From IMG/VR virus record IMGVR_UViG_3300009181_007093: a stretch of 64,000 nucleotides of DNA; one strand, written 5' to 3'. The DNA comes from a virus. Within the stretch, counting starts at the first letter, position 1. Every line of letters begins with the position of its first letter. Both the position numbers and the translations under genes were made by a program. This document shows, piece by piece, positions 9,688-19,747 of the stretch. A model generated the notes under the pieces. That model was not told where the DNA came from, made no database searches, and saw only the letters and a program-made list of their open reading frames with translations.

Positions 9688-10707
9688 TCATAGGTGTTTT
9701 TTTATTGTTTTTCCAATATGGTTTTTGAAGTAGTTTGGAAGTTCATAGTTTCTTGCATTTTCATACCCGTTTTTGTAAACTTCATAAAGAAGGTCTGGGT
9801 TGTCTAATAGCCCGAGTATTTTCTCTCTTGTATTTTCTTTATTCAATACTCTTATGTTGTGACCATTCATTTTGTACTCTTGTTCTTTTTCTCGTTCAAA
9901 CCCTTCAAAGAAATCATGTTCTAATTTAAAACAATTTTCTCCATCAATCCAAGGGAAGGCAAATTCAACACTATCTTCCTGAAGCATCATTGCTGAGAAT
10001 GCTGGTACAAATAAGTGGCGTTCTGTTTTTGCGGTTGCTCCATCCGGAGCAAAGCTAATCCTTGATGATTTCATTTGGTTAGCCATTTCCTCCCATGATA
10101 TTCTTTGTGTTCTGTATGGGCTATACGTCGGGTTTGTGTTAAAGCTATAATGACTCCAATGATTTTCGTGCAACAGTTCCCACAGTACATCTCTTGTTGG
10201 TGGATATACACTCATGGCGACTGATGTTGCCAATGGTCTTTTTAGATAATCTTCCTTTGATTGAAGTGGTGGAACTTCCCGCAATCCTAAGCCAAAATCA
10301 GAATAACCAACAAAGTCAAACGGTACATAATTAATCCCATCTGGCAACTCCTTCCTATGCCACGGATAGCACTCTACTGAAAAGAACACCTTTATCAGAC
10401 TACAAAATGTCCCCCATATATATTTGCCAAGTTCACTTTGCTCCCACCCAGCCGGTATACCGCCCCCATCGTTTTGAAGTATAATTGGTTTTCGTATTTT
10501 TTCTATATAATCAGCTTTATTGAAATCAAATATATAAGAAACTGGGCAATTGCTAAACTGTGGCAACATTATACAATCACAGGATTGTATGCTTGAAGCT
10601 ATTTCAAACTCTTCAGGATTGTAAGTAACGAGGTCTTTGCAGAACAGGAACGAACCCATTGGGCGGTGCCAGTTGGCATCAAGGGAGTCAGGCCAAATCT
10701 TTATCAT
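9688..10707 (-). CDS. Putative GT-B/exostosin-like glycosyltransferase
   Basis: SRISFAPDGATAKTERH resembles the GT-B C-terminal motif; ends with an NPDLLYEVYKNGYE-type helix. Confidence 0.5.
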   Translation of the reverse strand: MIKIWPDSLDANWHRPMGSFLFCKDLVTYNPEEFEIASSIQSCDCIMLPQFSNCPVSYIFDFNKADYIEKIRKPIILQNDGGGIPAGWEQSELGKYIWGTFCSLIKVFFSVECYPWHRKELPDGINYVPFDFVGYSDFGLGLREVPPLQSKEDYLKRPLATSVAMSVYPPTRDVLWELLHENHWSHYSFNTNPTYSPYRTQRISWEEMANQMKSSRISFAPDGATAKTERHLFVPAFSAMMLQEDSVEFAFPWIDGENCFKLEHDFFEGFEREKEQEYKMNGHNIRVLNKENTREKILGLLDNPDLLYEVYKNGYENARNYELPNYFKNHIGKTIKKHL

Positions 10708-10779
10708 GCTATTGTAAATAATTCTTTTTGAGATTAAAAAATCATCATACCAAATTAGAACGGCATTGTCAAAGGCACT

Positions 10780-11151
10780 TCAAGCTAAGTAGTCATCTAA
10801 TGGAGGAAGTTGTGGTATGCTATCACCTTTAACTCTAAAATTATGTGTTATAATAGCTTTTGCTAAGTGAACCACAGCCAAGCAAGCAGAAGAACTCATG
10901 CTGTGTGTTTCAATGGTTAGCCCATTAAAATCTTTTTCTTTTATTGGAAGCAAAAGAACAAACGGAATATTTGTTCTTTTCCTCATTTCTTTGAATAGCT
11001 GCTTTGCGGTGGCTAGCTCTAAACTTTCATCTATGTTTATTTTGAATTTTTTTTCAAGATCGCTAATTTTTTTTCTTGATGAAAAAAAATAGTAAATTAA
11101 AAAAATAAAGCATGGAAATAAAAGCACTAATATAGTAATAAAATATACCAT
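10780..11151 (-). CDS. Hypothetical membrane-anchored protein
   Basis: N-terminal TM helix; coupled to the upstream stop. Confidence 0.65.
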   Translation of the reverse strand: MVYFITILVLLFPCFIFLIYYFFSSRKKISDLEKKFKINIDESLELATAKQLFKEMRKRTNIPFVLLLPIKEKDFNGLTIETHSMSSSACLAVVHLAKAIITHNFRVKGDSIPQLPPLDDYLA

Positions 11152-11747
11152 TAGGACTCGTATGTTTCTAGAGAAAAAGAGTCTGCATTAGAAAAAAACA
11201 AGTTTAAAGACAAGTTCATATAGAAAGGGTCAAAATAGCTTTCAAAAAAACTTCTTTTTTTAAGGTAAAGTTGAAAACCGGCAAAGCTTTTCCAAAAATC
11301 TGCGGTTCCCAAAATAGAATCAGAGCAAAGAATTCCTCCATACTTCTTTTTTATTTCGTCTATTGAATTAATTGCATTTACTCTGTCGTTTAGGTTCATA
11401 ATTGAACGAATCATTTTAATAGGCTCAGCAGATACAGTCTTGCAAAGTGCATCCCTAGTTTCTGATAGCTTTAAAGTGGGGTCTATGGTAGGCAAAGAGA
11501 AAAGGCATCTTTCGTTTTTTAGGTTTGAAGCTAAACTACAAAAAATATCAACAGGATCTCCAGATAACGATTCCACAACAGAAAAATTATTTGAAGAACA
11601 AGCAGCCTGCACCTTTTTTTTATTTTCTTCGCTAAAATTTGATACTATTATTATACCAGAAAGCCTTAGTCTTTTTGCCTTATTAAGCCAATTGCTGCCC
11701 AAGTCTTCCCATGTTTTTTCATTAAAAAAAGTAGATGCTATATACAT
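11151..11747 (-). CDS. Hypothetical protein
   Basis: ORF; TAATG overlap with the next gene. Confidence 0.65.
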   Translation of the reverse strand: MYIASTFFNEKTWEDLGSNWLNKAKRLRLSGIIIVSNFSEENKKKVQAACSSNNFSVVESLSGDPVDIFCSLASNLKNERCLFSLPTIDPTLKLSETRDALCKTVSAEPIKMIRSIMNLNDRVNAINSIDEIKKKYGGILCSDSILGTADFWKSFAGFQLYLKKRSFFESYFDPFYMNLSLNLFFSNADSFSLETYES

Positions 11748-11919
11748 TAAAATTTCCGTTAATAAGAGAACATGGCAAAAAAGCGATCAAGCAAAACTTG
11801 CTAAATCATGATAGCCGTTTTTGTCTAAATTAATATAGTACTTTGCCACAAAAAAATTAAATTTCTGGCAGAGTAAAGATCTAAAAGCCATAGAAATCAT
11901 GCTCTAAAGATCGACTTTT

Positions 11920-13176
11920 TCACGCTGCTTTATTTTTTTTAAAAGTAGGCTTTTCTTCGCCAGAGACGATTTTATCGGTAACAGTAACCGTTGCGTTTGG
12001 ATTATCTGCGGATTCTATCATTATTTCCAAAAGAATTTTTTCTATCATACTCCGAAGTCCTCTAGCTCCCGTATTTTTATCAATTGCTTTTTTAGCAATT
12101 AAAAGCAAAGCTTCTTTTGTGAATTCTAGTTTGACTTTGTCACACAAAAATAATTTTTGATATTGTTTAATAATGGAGTTTTTAGGTTCAGATAAAACAG
12201 AAACTAAAGATTCCACATCAAACTTTTTCAGTGGAGCGACACAAGGAAGGCGACCGATTAGCTCTGGAATTAAACCATACTGAACAAGATCCTCTTCTAT
12301 TAAGTTTTCTTCTGTCCACTCTTTAGACTCTATTGGATTAAATCCAATTGATTTCTTACACAATCTACGATTAATAATCTTATCTAGACCAACAAACGTG
12401 CCGCCACATATGAAAAGAATATTGGTGGTATCTACTTGGATAAACTGCTGTTCTGGATGCTTCCTACCTCCTGCTGGAGGTACATTGCAAATAGTGCCTT
12501 CAATAATCTTTAAAAGAGATTGTTGCACACCTTCACCTGACACATCTCTAGTGATCGAAACATTTTGGTTCGTTCTGCCGATTTTATCTATTTCATCAAT
12601 ATAAATGATGCCATTTTCTGCCGCCTCTACATCAAAATCAGCATTATTCAAAAGCTTTAAGATTAAGTTTTCTACGTCTTCGCCAACGTATCCTGCCTCG
12701 GTGAGAGTGGTTGCGTCCCCTATCGCAAACGGGACATCCAAATATTGTGCAAGTGTTTTTGCAAATAAAGTCTTTCCAGAACCAGTTGGTCCAACCAAAA
12801 GAACATTAGATTTTTCAATAGTGGTTTCGTTCATAGCTTTGCTTATGCTAGGAGCGAATATTCTTTTGTAATGGTTGCAAACAGCAACAGCCAAAGTTTT
12901 TTTTGCTGTTTCTTGACCAACAATATATTGGTTCATGTACTCAATTACATGTTTAGGATTTGGAATATCAAGCGTGTATTTGCTCTTTTCTTTTTTATAT
13001 TTTTTACCTGACTTGCACATAGTGGAAACAAGCTCCACGCACCCGTGGCAAATGAAAAAGCTTGTGCCCTTTTTTCTTCCATTAGTCTCTTCCGTGATAT
13101 TAGGCGATTCTATTAAATTGCCAACCAACTTATTTGATTGACCACAAAAATCGCAACATAAATTGTTTCTGTTCAT
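11920..13176 (-). CDS. clpX: ATP-dependent Clp protease ATP-binding subunit ClpX
   Basis: C4 zinc finger (CDFC...CHGC), Walker [13 protein letters not shown] pore loop, Walker [16 protein letters not shown] loop, GARGLR. Confidence 0.97.
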   Translation of the reverse strand: MNRNNLCCDFCGQSNKLVGNLIESPNITEETNGRKKGTSFFICHGCVELVSTMCKSGKKYKKEKSKYTLDIPNPKHVIEYMNQYIVGQETAKKTLAVAVCNHYKRIFAPSISKAMNETTIEKSNVLLVGPTGSGKTLFAKTLAQYLDVPFAIGDATTLTEAGYVGEDVENLILKLLNNADFDVEAAENGIIYIDEIDKIGRTNQNVSITRDVSGEGVQQSLLKIIEGTICNVPPAGGRKHPEQQFIQVDTTNILFICGGTFVGLDKIINRRLCKKSIGFNPIESKEWTEENLIEEDLVQYGLIPELIGRLPCVAPLKKFDVESLVSVLSEPKNSIIKQYQKLFLCDKVKLEFTKEALLLIAKKAIDKNTGARGLRSMIEKILLEIMIESADNPNATVTVTDKIVSGEEKPTFKKNKAA

Positions 13177-13225
13177 AATTACATCCTGTATAAAATGGTT
13201 TGTCTATTTGTTGGCAACTTTGTTT

Positions 13226-13795
13226 TTAAATGTTTTCTTTTGTGCTTTCCATTAATTCTTTAACGTTAGCCACACAAAATCCTTTGGCTCCTCTTTCTAT
13301 GAATTCAAAAATTACTCCTGTTAAATTTGATGGACGAGTAAAAACTTGCGTTAGTCCAGGACAAGTTAAAGGTTTTTCTGATGCGAATTCTGCGTATCCT
13401 TTGTCTTTCCACTCCTTCATGGTGTTCTCAACACTTTGTACTTGATAAGCCATGTGGTGAACCCCACCAACATTATCTCTTTTTTCGACCCACTTTCCAA
13501 CGATTGAATCTGGAGTGCCATCGGAGATAAATATTTCTGGCGGCATGTGGAATTGAGCAAACATTTCTTTTTGAATGTTCTCTAAGAAAGGGTTTCCTAC
13601 ATACTGATTGATTACCCAGTGCAATGTTTCAATTTTTGGTTTTTCTGGAGGCTCTAATGCTATGCATTTTGCCTGGCTTCCGTCTGGAAAGTCTATGTCG
13701 AATTCCGTTTGAACTTTATAGCCAAAAGCATCAATAAAAAATTCTGATGTTTTTTTTCTGTCTTTTACTCTGTATGCAATGTGGTCTAGGCGCAT
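13226..13795 (-). CDS. VOC/glyoxalase-superfamily metalloenzyme resembling the HPPD C-terminal domain
   Basis: LDHIAY...GGVHHMAY...LTQVFT...IFEFIER.GAKGF (His/His/Glu triad). Confidence 0.75.
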   Translation of the reverse strand: MRLDHIAYRVKDRKKTSEFFIDAFGYKVQTEFDIDFPDGSQAKCIALEPPEKPKIETLHWVINQYVGNPFLENIQKEMFAQFHMPPEIFISDGTPDSIVGKWVEKRDNVGGVHHMAYQVQSVENTMKEWKDKGYAEFASEKPLTCPGLTQVFTRPSNLTGVIFEFIERGAKGFCVANVKELMESTKENI

Positions 13796-13895
13796 TATAC
13801 TTCCTATTTCTCAGATATTAGGAATCGTGTCCAATTAGCTACCGTGTGAATCACGGTGCCAGACATACTACAGCAAACAAGGCAACTTGTCAATG

Positions 13896-14207
13896 CTAAA
13901 TGCTCTTGTCACACTGCTTATCCCATTCGTGGGCAGAAATAGCCTTGTCATCTACGAACACATCAACATCTGGTTTGCCCATTATAATTCCATGGTTCTT
14001 AATGCCGAAGTCATTTATTTGTTTTTCTGTTAGTGGGTATAGGTTCCTACCAGAAGCCATACCTCTTGCCGTAAACAAATAAATGATATGCCCCTCATCA
14101 AATAGACGATTTACTCGATCTATCCGATGCTGTATAGGCGTGGATTTTTCATAGTCATTTCCAACAGTATGCAATAAAGTATTATCTATATCGAATGCAT
14201 ATCTCAT
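13896..14207 (-). CDS. Small HAD-family (capsule-biosynthesis-type) phosphatase
   Basis: FDIDNTL, LFTARG, GKP, FVDDKA motifs. Confidence 0.8.
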   Translation of the reverse strand: MRYAFDIDNTLLHTVGNDYEKSTPIQHRIDRVNRLFDEGHIIYLFTARGMASGRNLYPLTEKQINDFGIKNHGIIMGKPDVDVFVDDKAISAHEWDKQCDKSI

Positions 14208-14230
14208 TTACACAGCCTTGTGAAAAAGAC

Positions 14231-14264
14231 GCAAGCCCGCTTGAAAACTTCCAAGCGGGCTTGC
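14231..14264 (-). terminator. Rho-independent terminator
   Basis: 13-bp stem GCAAGCCCGCTTG/CAAGCGGGCTTGC followed by a T-tract on the minus strand. Confidence 0.8.
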
Positions 14265-14285
14265 AATAATAAGAACTAGGAATCT

Positions 14286-14657
14286 TTAAGAATTAATTAA
14301 AGAGTCTAATGCCTTAAAAATTTCAATACACTTAGTGATGCCACCATTTGAAAAAGCAAACTTCTTGGCAGAAGCAAGATCTCCAACAGAAACTTTATTT
14401 CCGGGATTCTTTTTCGCTTTTTCAATGAACGCTTCTTTAATGCCTTTCTTACTGCCGCCAAGTTTGTCCTTCATCGCCTGCCAACGAATGGAATAAACTT
14501 GCATCTTACCTGAAGGTGAGGTTTTAAATCCATTTTCCTCCAAGTGATCTTCAACTTTTTTCGCCCATCCTATTGGTGGTACTTTTTGAAAAGCTCCTAT
14601 TTTCTCCATGAACGCTCTGGCAGTAGATGCCTTCGTCGGCTTTTTAGCATTATCCAT
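14286..14657 (-). CDS. Basic hypothetical protein (candidate nucleoid-associated protein)
   Basis: Lys-rich; C-terminal VSVGDLASAKKF..NGG...FKALDSL resembles a small-protein family I recall from planctomycetes (unverified). Confidence 0.6.
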   Translation of the reverse strand: MDNAKKPTKASTARAFMEKIGAFQKVPPIGWAKKVEDHLEENGFKTSPSGKMQVYSIRWQAMKDKLGGSKKGIKEAFIEKAKKNPGNKVSVGDLASAKKFAFSNGGITKCIEIFKALDSLINS

Positions 14658-14671
14658 TTTAAATCCTTTCT

Positions 14672-15166
14672 TTAAGCAACCTTGCTAGCTTTGTAAGTTT
14701 TAGACTCTTTACTTCTATCTTCTGACTCCGAAATCAACTGCTCTTTTACAGCCCTTCTTAGGGTTTGGTAAAGAGTACTTTCATTCTTATTCCACTTATA
14801 CTTTTCAGGATTCTCCATCAGCTTCTTTGCAATGGATTCTTCTGTAAGCGGATTACTCTCATTTTGCAAAATGTCTAACAGACTCTTTTTCAAACCACCA
14901 ACATTTCTAGCCTTTTTAGGAGCAGCAGTCTTCTTGGATGGCTTAATAGACTTCTTAGAAGTCTTCTTTGGGTTTGTTTGTGTGGATTTCTTTGCCAATT
15001 TAATTGTTTTGCTTTCAACTAAATTGCCACACTTCTCAAACGTATCAACAAGCCGATCCATCGCAGATTCAACATACTCAGTCATTGCCTGAAAAAGGTT
15101 TTCAAAGCCTTTGACTGTGTTAGACAACTCCTTTTCTACTCTATTAGAAACACTCTTCATCGACAT
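14672..15166 (-). CDS. Coiled coil + Lys-rich linker + C-terminal winged-helix DNA-binding protein
   Basis: AGGAG RBS; LLDILQNESNPLTEESIAKKL...LYQTLRRAVKEQLI pattern. Confidence 0.6.
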   Translation of the reverse strand: MSMKSVSNRVEKELSNTVKGFENLFQAMTEYVESAMDRLVDTFEKCGNLVESKTIKLAKKSTQTNPKKTSKKSIKPSKKTAAPKKARNVGGLKKSLLDILQNESNPLTEESIAKKLMENPEKYKWNKNESTLYQTLRRAVKEQLISESEDRSKESKTYKASKVA

Positions 15167-15427
15167 GACATCTCTCCTAACGCCTGCAAAATAAAAGACC
15201 TTAAAATAACGGCGATATTCTTAAAAGGTCCTGAACAAGTCTCCATACAAGTATACGCCAAGCATTCTGATTGTAAAGTCATACTCATAAGAATTTACAG
15301 GAATATACACAAAAAACGCTTTAAAATAGGCAAAAAAAATTTTTAAATATTTTGAAATATTTATGCATTTATTTAGAAATTGCACTCATTTAACTTGACA
15401 GAACAACAAGGAAAAGAAAGGATACTT

Positions 15428-15604
15428 ATGTTGGTTTTAAGCAGGAAAAAAGACGAAACGATAATATTGAGAGGTCCAAATATGGACGATATCAAAATTA
15501 CGGTTGTCAGAATCGACAACCGTAATAAAGTTCGAATTGGAATTGAAGCAGACAAGGAGATTACCGTTTTAAGAAGCGAACTTATCTCCCCAAGCTCTGA
15601 TTAA
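15428..15604 (+). CDS. csrA: Carbon storage regulator CsrA/RsmA (copy 1)
   Basis: [12 protein letters not shown]...KVRIGIEA...VLRSEL; AAGGA RBS before the ATG at 15428. Confidence 0.9.
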   Translation: MLVLSRKKDETIILRGPNMDDIKITVVRIDNRNKVRIGIEADKEITVLRSELISPSSD

Positions 15605-15904
15605 ATCCTCCATATTTTTTCGTAGACCTATCGGCTTTTTTCGTTAAATATTTGAAATATTTTCGCTCTATTCTAGCTTCTTTTGTTTCTTCTTCTTTTT
15701 TATTGGTGAAAATAAGCATTATGTTTTTAAGCAACATGGATGACCCTCCATAGTGAATTAATCTACACTAGCTATTGCTTGAAATATCCTATATATTGTT
15801 AGAATGTCATTAGTGAATAAGAATGTTGAGGCGGTCTTGCAGATGTTTCTGAATATGCCTATGATCTGCGAAAATACCTTGTAGGTTTTTTGTAAAGCGA
15901 CACA

Positions 15905-16870
15905 GTGAATCCTAGCTGTAAAACAAACGGACTGTCCATTGTGATGGTTAGTACGTTTAAACATGAACTATGTAAATTGGTTTTGGATCACACTATAAGG
16001 TGTACAGGATGTGAAAAAGTTTATGTTTTTAGTGACATAGATTTTTATCCTGGTAGCATTTTTTTTAAAATAGATCGTTTAAAAAATCGTGAAGATTATT
16101 CAAAATTTATATTAAAAGAGTTGGGCAAACATGTGGTGGGAAATCACTTCATGATAGTTCAATATGATGGAATGCCAGCGTGCTCTTCACGTTGGAACAA
16201 TGAATTTCTGTACTACGATTATATAGGTGCGTGCTTTGAATGTGGTGCCTGTATGTTTAATACAGGGTATCATTCTGATCGTTGCATTAAAGGACATAAT
16301 GTTGGAAATGGTGGCTTTAGCATACGAAGCCGGTTGTTGCTTGATGTTTGTTTAAGTGATGATGTTGTCTTTGATCCGCAGCAGCCTGAAGATACTCGTA
16401 TTTGCATATGCTACCATGATTTGTTTACGAGTCTTGGTGTTAGATATGCTCCTGCCAAATTAGCCCGCACATTTAGTACAGAAATTTTGGGCTTAGCAGT
16501 ACAGAATGGAGCTTTAAGCTGGAATTATGATCTATTTGATAGGGAATGTAACCAATATCCAACTTATGGTTTTCATGGAACACTAGGTATACCCTTTTTT
16601 ACATCTGATGAGTACCTACACACTTACATATCGCTATTAACAAAAGATGAGATTAATGTGCAAGTCTACGATCAATTTTACGGATTTACGACATCTTTCC
16701 CACGCATTGAAAGTGGACTTTTAGTCGGTTTATATCGAGCATCTCGATATGAGCATTTGGAACAATATATTGATAAAATTCTAAAATACGATATAGACCC
16801 TTTATGGGTAAATGAAGTTCTTGATATCAATTTGCGTAAATTCATAATTAGTCGCTATGGAATTTTATGA
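15905..16870 (+). CDS. DUF5672-family (GT-A-like) protein
   Basis: IVQYDG, YDYIGA, VGNGGFSIRS, PED..IC, FSTE, YGFHG motifs. Confidence 0.8.
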   Translation: MNPSCKTNGLSIVMVSTFKHELCKLVLDHTIRCTGCEKVYVFSDIDFYPGSIFFKIDRLKNREDYSKFILKELGKHVVGNHFMIVQYDGMPACSSRWNNEFLYYDYIGACFECGACMFNTGYHSDRCIKGHNVGNGGFSIRSRLLLDVCLSDDVVFDPQQPEDTRICICYHDLFTSLGVRYAPAKLARTFSTEILGLAVQNGALSWNYDLFDRECNQYPTYGFHGTLGIPFFTSDEYLHTYISLLTKDEINVQVYDQFYGFTTSFPRIESGLLVGLYRASRYEHLEQYIDKILKYDIDPLWVNEVLDINLRKFIISRYGIL

Positions 16871-16909
16871 AAATTTGATCTTATGCCCTAAATATTAAAA
16901 AAGGTTAAT

Positions 16910-17329
16910 ATGAAAATTATGCCCATTAATGAGTTGCCAAAATATCTAAAATCTTTAAGAAGCGGCACGCCTCCTGATAATGATGTTGTTGTTGATATGG
17001 GATCATTACAAAATAATCGTGGATTTCGCACCTTATCCAACTTTGCGGCTATTTGTGCTCTATGCTTATTTCTAGCGTCTGGATCTATTGTCACATATAG
17101 AAATTTTTCTAGCACAAATATTACAGTAATAATGGATACAACAAACCTTAGCAGCAATGATGTGACTGGATTGATCAATCAGTATGGTGCGACTGTTTTA
17201 AGCGTAACGCCTTCGACTTCAAATATTTATGTTGTTAAAATAAAAATAAATGGTTTTAAAAATATAAAATTATTTCTGGAGTCCTTGCGAAATCAAAGGA
17301 ATGTTAGCAAGGTTCAATTAGAAGAATGA
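16910..17329 (+). CDS. Hypothetical membrane-anchored protein
   Basis: AAGG RBS; one TM helix. Confidence 0.6.
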   Translation: MKIMPINELPKYLKSLRSGTPPDNDVVVDMGSLQNNRGFRTLSNFAAICALCLFLASGSIVTYRNFSSTNITVIMDTTNLSSNDVTGLINQYGATVLSVTPSTSNIYVVKIKINGFKNIKLFLESLRNQRNVSKVQLEE

Positions 17330-17334
17330 AACAA

Positions 17335-18414
17335 TCAAATTATCCATTGAGCATTTTTTAAACTTGAATTAACTATTCTCAAAATTGTACTATCAAATGG
17401 TATTGGTGCAACCCAACCTTTTGACGCTAATTTAGATCCATCTAAAGCATATCGTCTGTCATAACCCGCACGAGCACTTTCGCATGCTACTAATTTATAA
17501 TTTAATTGCTTTTGCATTATATTTGAAATCAATACTGCAATTTCTAAATTATCAAGAGATTCTGTACCACAAATATTATACCGGTCTGGGGACTTAAATC
17601 CTTGTGAATATTTAGAAACCTTTTGTTTTGTTAAAAAAACTAGTGCATCAGCTTTATTGAGAGCATCTAAATAAACTCGACTACCAATATTCCACCGCAC
17701 TCCATTAGAATCAGTGTGACTTCCAGATTGGTCTGCATCGCCGTAAATGGGAACAGTGTGACCTTGTGCTACGCATTGTATGATTTTTGGAATAAACTTT
17801 TCAGGGTCTTGGCATTCCCCTATAAGATTCATGCAGTTTGTGATTACAATTGGTACGTCATATGACCTAAAATAACTAATGCACAATGCTTCCTGTGCGG
17901 CTTTTGACGCCGCATAAGGATTACTTGGCATTATAGTTGACCATTCTTCGTGCCCTTTTGATGGTAGTGGTTGGGCTTCACCATACACTTCATCACTAGA
18001 TACCTGTATAAATATTTTTGGCTTGGCAATTCTGGCGAACTCTAAAATTGTGAGCATCAAATCGCAGTTGTTTTTCCAACAAAGCGACGGATTTGATATA
18101 GACCGTTCTACAGCACTATCACTTGCAATATTGATTATGGCATCAATTCTATCATCAACAATATTGCCTGCCTTATCAATTTTTCTATCTAATAACAAAT
18201 TTTCTAATTGACGGTCTATTGGAACAGTTAGATCATGTTTAAAAATTTTAACACGAGGATTAGGACCTGTGACCGTTTCAATTCTTTGACAAGTACCCTT
18301 GTGAACGAAACTATCCAAACCAATTATATTATAATCAGTATGATCAAGAAAATACTTTAAACAATGGTGACCTAAGAATCCACCGATGCCGGTTATTAAT
18401 ATTTTTTCACTCAT
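17335..18414 (-). CDS. NAD-dependent epimerase/dehydratase, dTDP-glucose 4,6-dehydratase (RfbB)-like
   Basis: TGIGGFLG, VSSDEVYG, PSNPYAASK, QDPEKFIP, RAGYDRRYALD. Confidence 0.88.
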   Translation of the reverse strand: MSEKILITGIGGFLGHHCLKYFLDHTDYNIIGLDSFVHKGTCQRIETVTGPNPRVKIFKHDLTVPIDRQLENLLLDRKIDKAGNIVDDRIDAIINIASDSAVERSISNPSLCWKNNCDLMLTILEFARIAKPKIFIQVSSDEVYGEAQPLPSKGHEEWSTIMPSNPYAASKAAQEALCISYFRSYDVPIVITNCMNLIGECQDPEKFIPKIIQCVAQGHTVPIYGDADQSGSHTDSNGVRWNIGSRVYLDALNKADALVFLTKQKVSKYSQGFKSPDRYNICGTESLDNLEIAVLISNIMQKQLNYKLVACESARAGYDRRYALDGSKLASKGWVAPIPFDSTILRIVNSSLKNAQWII

Positions 18415-18423
18415 AATATTTTT

Positions 18424-18642
18424 TTAAGTTACCGAAGGCGGAATTTGAACAGGCAACTCTTCAACCACTCCAGTTGCTTTTGAAATTACAATGGAGCCAT
18501 CCTCAACTTCAATGTTTAGCTCATCTCCTTCTTTCCATCCATTACGTTCTAGTATTTGTGAAGGAATTTTCAGAATGACGTTATCCGGATCTCCAGCAAT
18601 GTCTTCAAAAATTTCTTCTGCTAAAAATTTTAGTTTTTCCAT
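18424..18642 (-). CDS. AbrB/MazE/SpoVT-type DNA-binding protein
   Basis: ILKIPSQILERNGWKEGDELNIEVEDGSIVI signature. Confidence 0.8.
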   Translation of the reverse strand: MEKLKFLAEEIFEDIAGDPDNVILKIPSQILERNGWKEGDELNIEVEDGSIVISKATGVVEELPVQIPPSVT

Positions 18643-18671
18643 AATTATACCAATACATTGGCAAGAAAAAA

Positions 18672-18720
18672 TACCCCTAGTCGGACTTGAACCGACAAGC
18701 CCTTGCAGGCAACGGATTTT
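18672..18720 (-). pseudogene. 3' exon of a disrupted intron-containing tRNA-Leu(UAA)
   Basis: AAAATCCGT-TGCCTGCAAGGGCTT-GTCGG-TTCAAGT-CCGAC-TAGGGGT-A: anticodon 3' side, long variable arm, T-arm and acceptor strand. Confidence 0.88.
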
Positions 18721-18916
18721 CTTACCACTATAGTTTTCACTACCATTTCTGTTTGTGGTCTGGACTTTACCTTAACCATAACTTTATGTTTTAGGTTCCT
18801 GCCGTCAAGTCTCTACACCTTCATATTTCTATGCTTGGCTCGGTATTAGCAGTTAAGCCTTCACCGAATTTGACAGGTTCTATTTTAAAGATTTCTCCTT
18901 AAACACTCAAATAAAT
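18721..18916 (-). ncRNA. Group I intron (196 nt) at the tRNA-Leu UAA anticodon position (U|AA)
   Basis: P/Q/R/S-like cores AAATTCGGTGAA, AATACCGAGCC, GTGTAGAGACT, AAGGTAAAGTCC; terminal G; P1 pairing GACTT exon with GAGT IGS, U.G at the splice site. Confidence 0.85.
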
Positions 18917-18921
18917 AAGTC

Positions 18922-19103
18922 TCATTAGCGTCATAATATCCAACATCATAACCTTGTTCATGCCCCATAGCATAAGCTGGCATCAATCCCCTTGATTATA
19001 TCGTCTTTTTTGCCTTTTGCAACACAGTTTATTATGTCGCTTATTGCTTTTTCGTTTCTAACGCTATATCCTTCAATTTCATTCTCCAGTGATCAAAAAT
19101 CAT
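18922..19103 (-). pseudogene. Frameshifted, truncated small phage gene
   Basis: Three frames join into MIFDHW/ENEIEGYSVRNEKAISDIINCVAKGKKDDIIK/LMPAYAMGHEQGYDVGYYDANE; ATG overlaps the HNH stop. Confidence 0.55.
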
Positions 19104-19570
19104 AGCATTTCTTTTCTGTGATGTTTCATGTGACAATTAGCACAAAGTAGTTCGCATTTTTTTATTTCTGATAAGATCATTGACCATGCACAATTCCAAT
19201 TTTGACACAAATTAAATTTTTTTGTCTTTTCGTTTTTGTGATGAAAAGTTAATACTTCATTATCTTTAACACCACATTTAGAGCATTTTGCTCCACAATA
19301 TTTTATTGCTTTGTTTCTATTATTCTTTCTACTTTTCCAATTTCTACAAGTAGAACAAACACTATTTTTTGTCCAGTTGAACTCTTTGCCACATTCTGTG
19401 CATTCTTTTTTGCTATTTTTATCTCTTGGTGGCATATGTAATCTTTTTGTGTTTCTATTACCAAATGGTGAACATTTTAAACAATACGTTCTTGAAGTTA
19501 ATTGTTTTTGTTTACCATTTACTATAGCATAAGCAGGGAATGACTGATTGCAATTCAAACATATTTTCAT
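19100..19570 (-). CDS. Zinc-finger HNH endonuclease (free-standing homing type)
   Basis: Several CxxC pairs; LTFHHK...EIKKCELLCANCHMKHH. Confidence 0.88.
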   Translation of the reverse strand: MKICLNCNQSFPAYAIVNGKQKQLTSRTYCLKCSPFGNRNTKRLHMPPRDKNSKKECTECGKEFNWTKNSVCSTCRNWKSRKNNRNKAIKYCGAKCSKCGVKDNEVLTFHHKNEKTKKFNLCQNWNCAWSMILSEIKKCELLCANCHMKHHRKEML

Positions 19571-19648
19571 TTTTAATCCTTTATTGAAGGGAGTAGTGAC
19601 CTAATAGGTATACACCAAAAATAAAGAATATCATGTCTGCTTTTTAAG

Positions 19649-19723
19649 TAGCCCGGATCGGATTCGAACCGATACTTGCGACATTTTAAGTGTCGTGCCT
19701 GCTGCCAATTGGGCTACCGGGCC
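19649..19723 (-). tRNA. tRNA-Leu(UAA), intronless, short variable loop
   Basis: GGCCCGG/CCGGGCT acceptor; CGACA-CTTAAAA-TGTCG anticodon arm; ATCGG-TTCGAAT-CCGAT T-arm; no encoded CCA. Confidence 0.9.
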
Positions 19724-19747
19724 ATTTACTTCCAAGCTACACATCAT

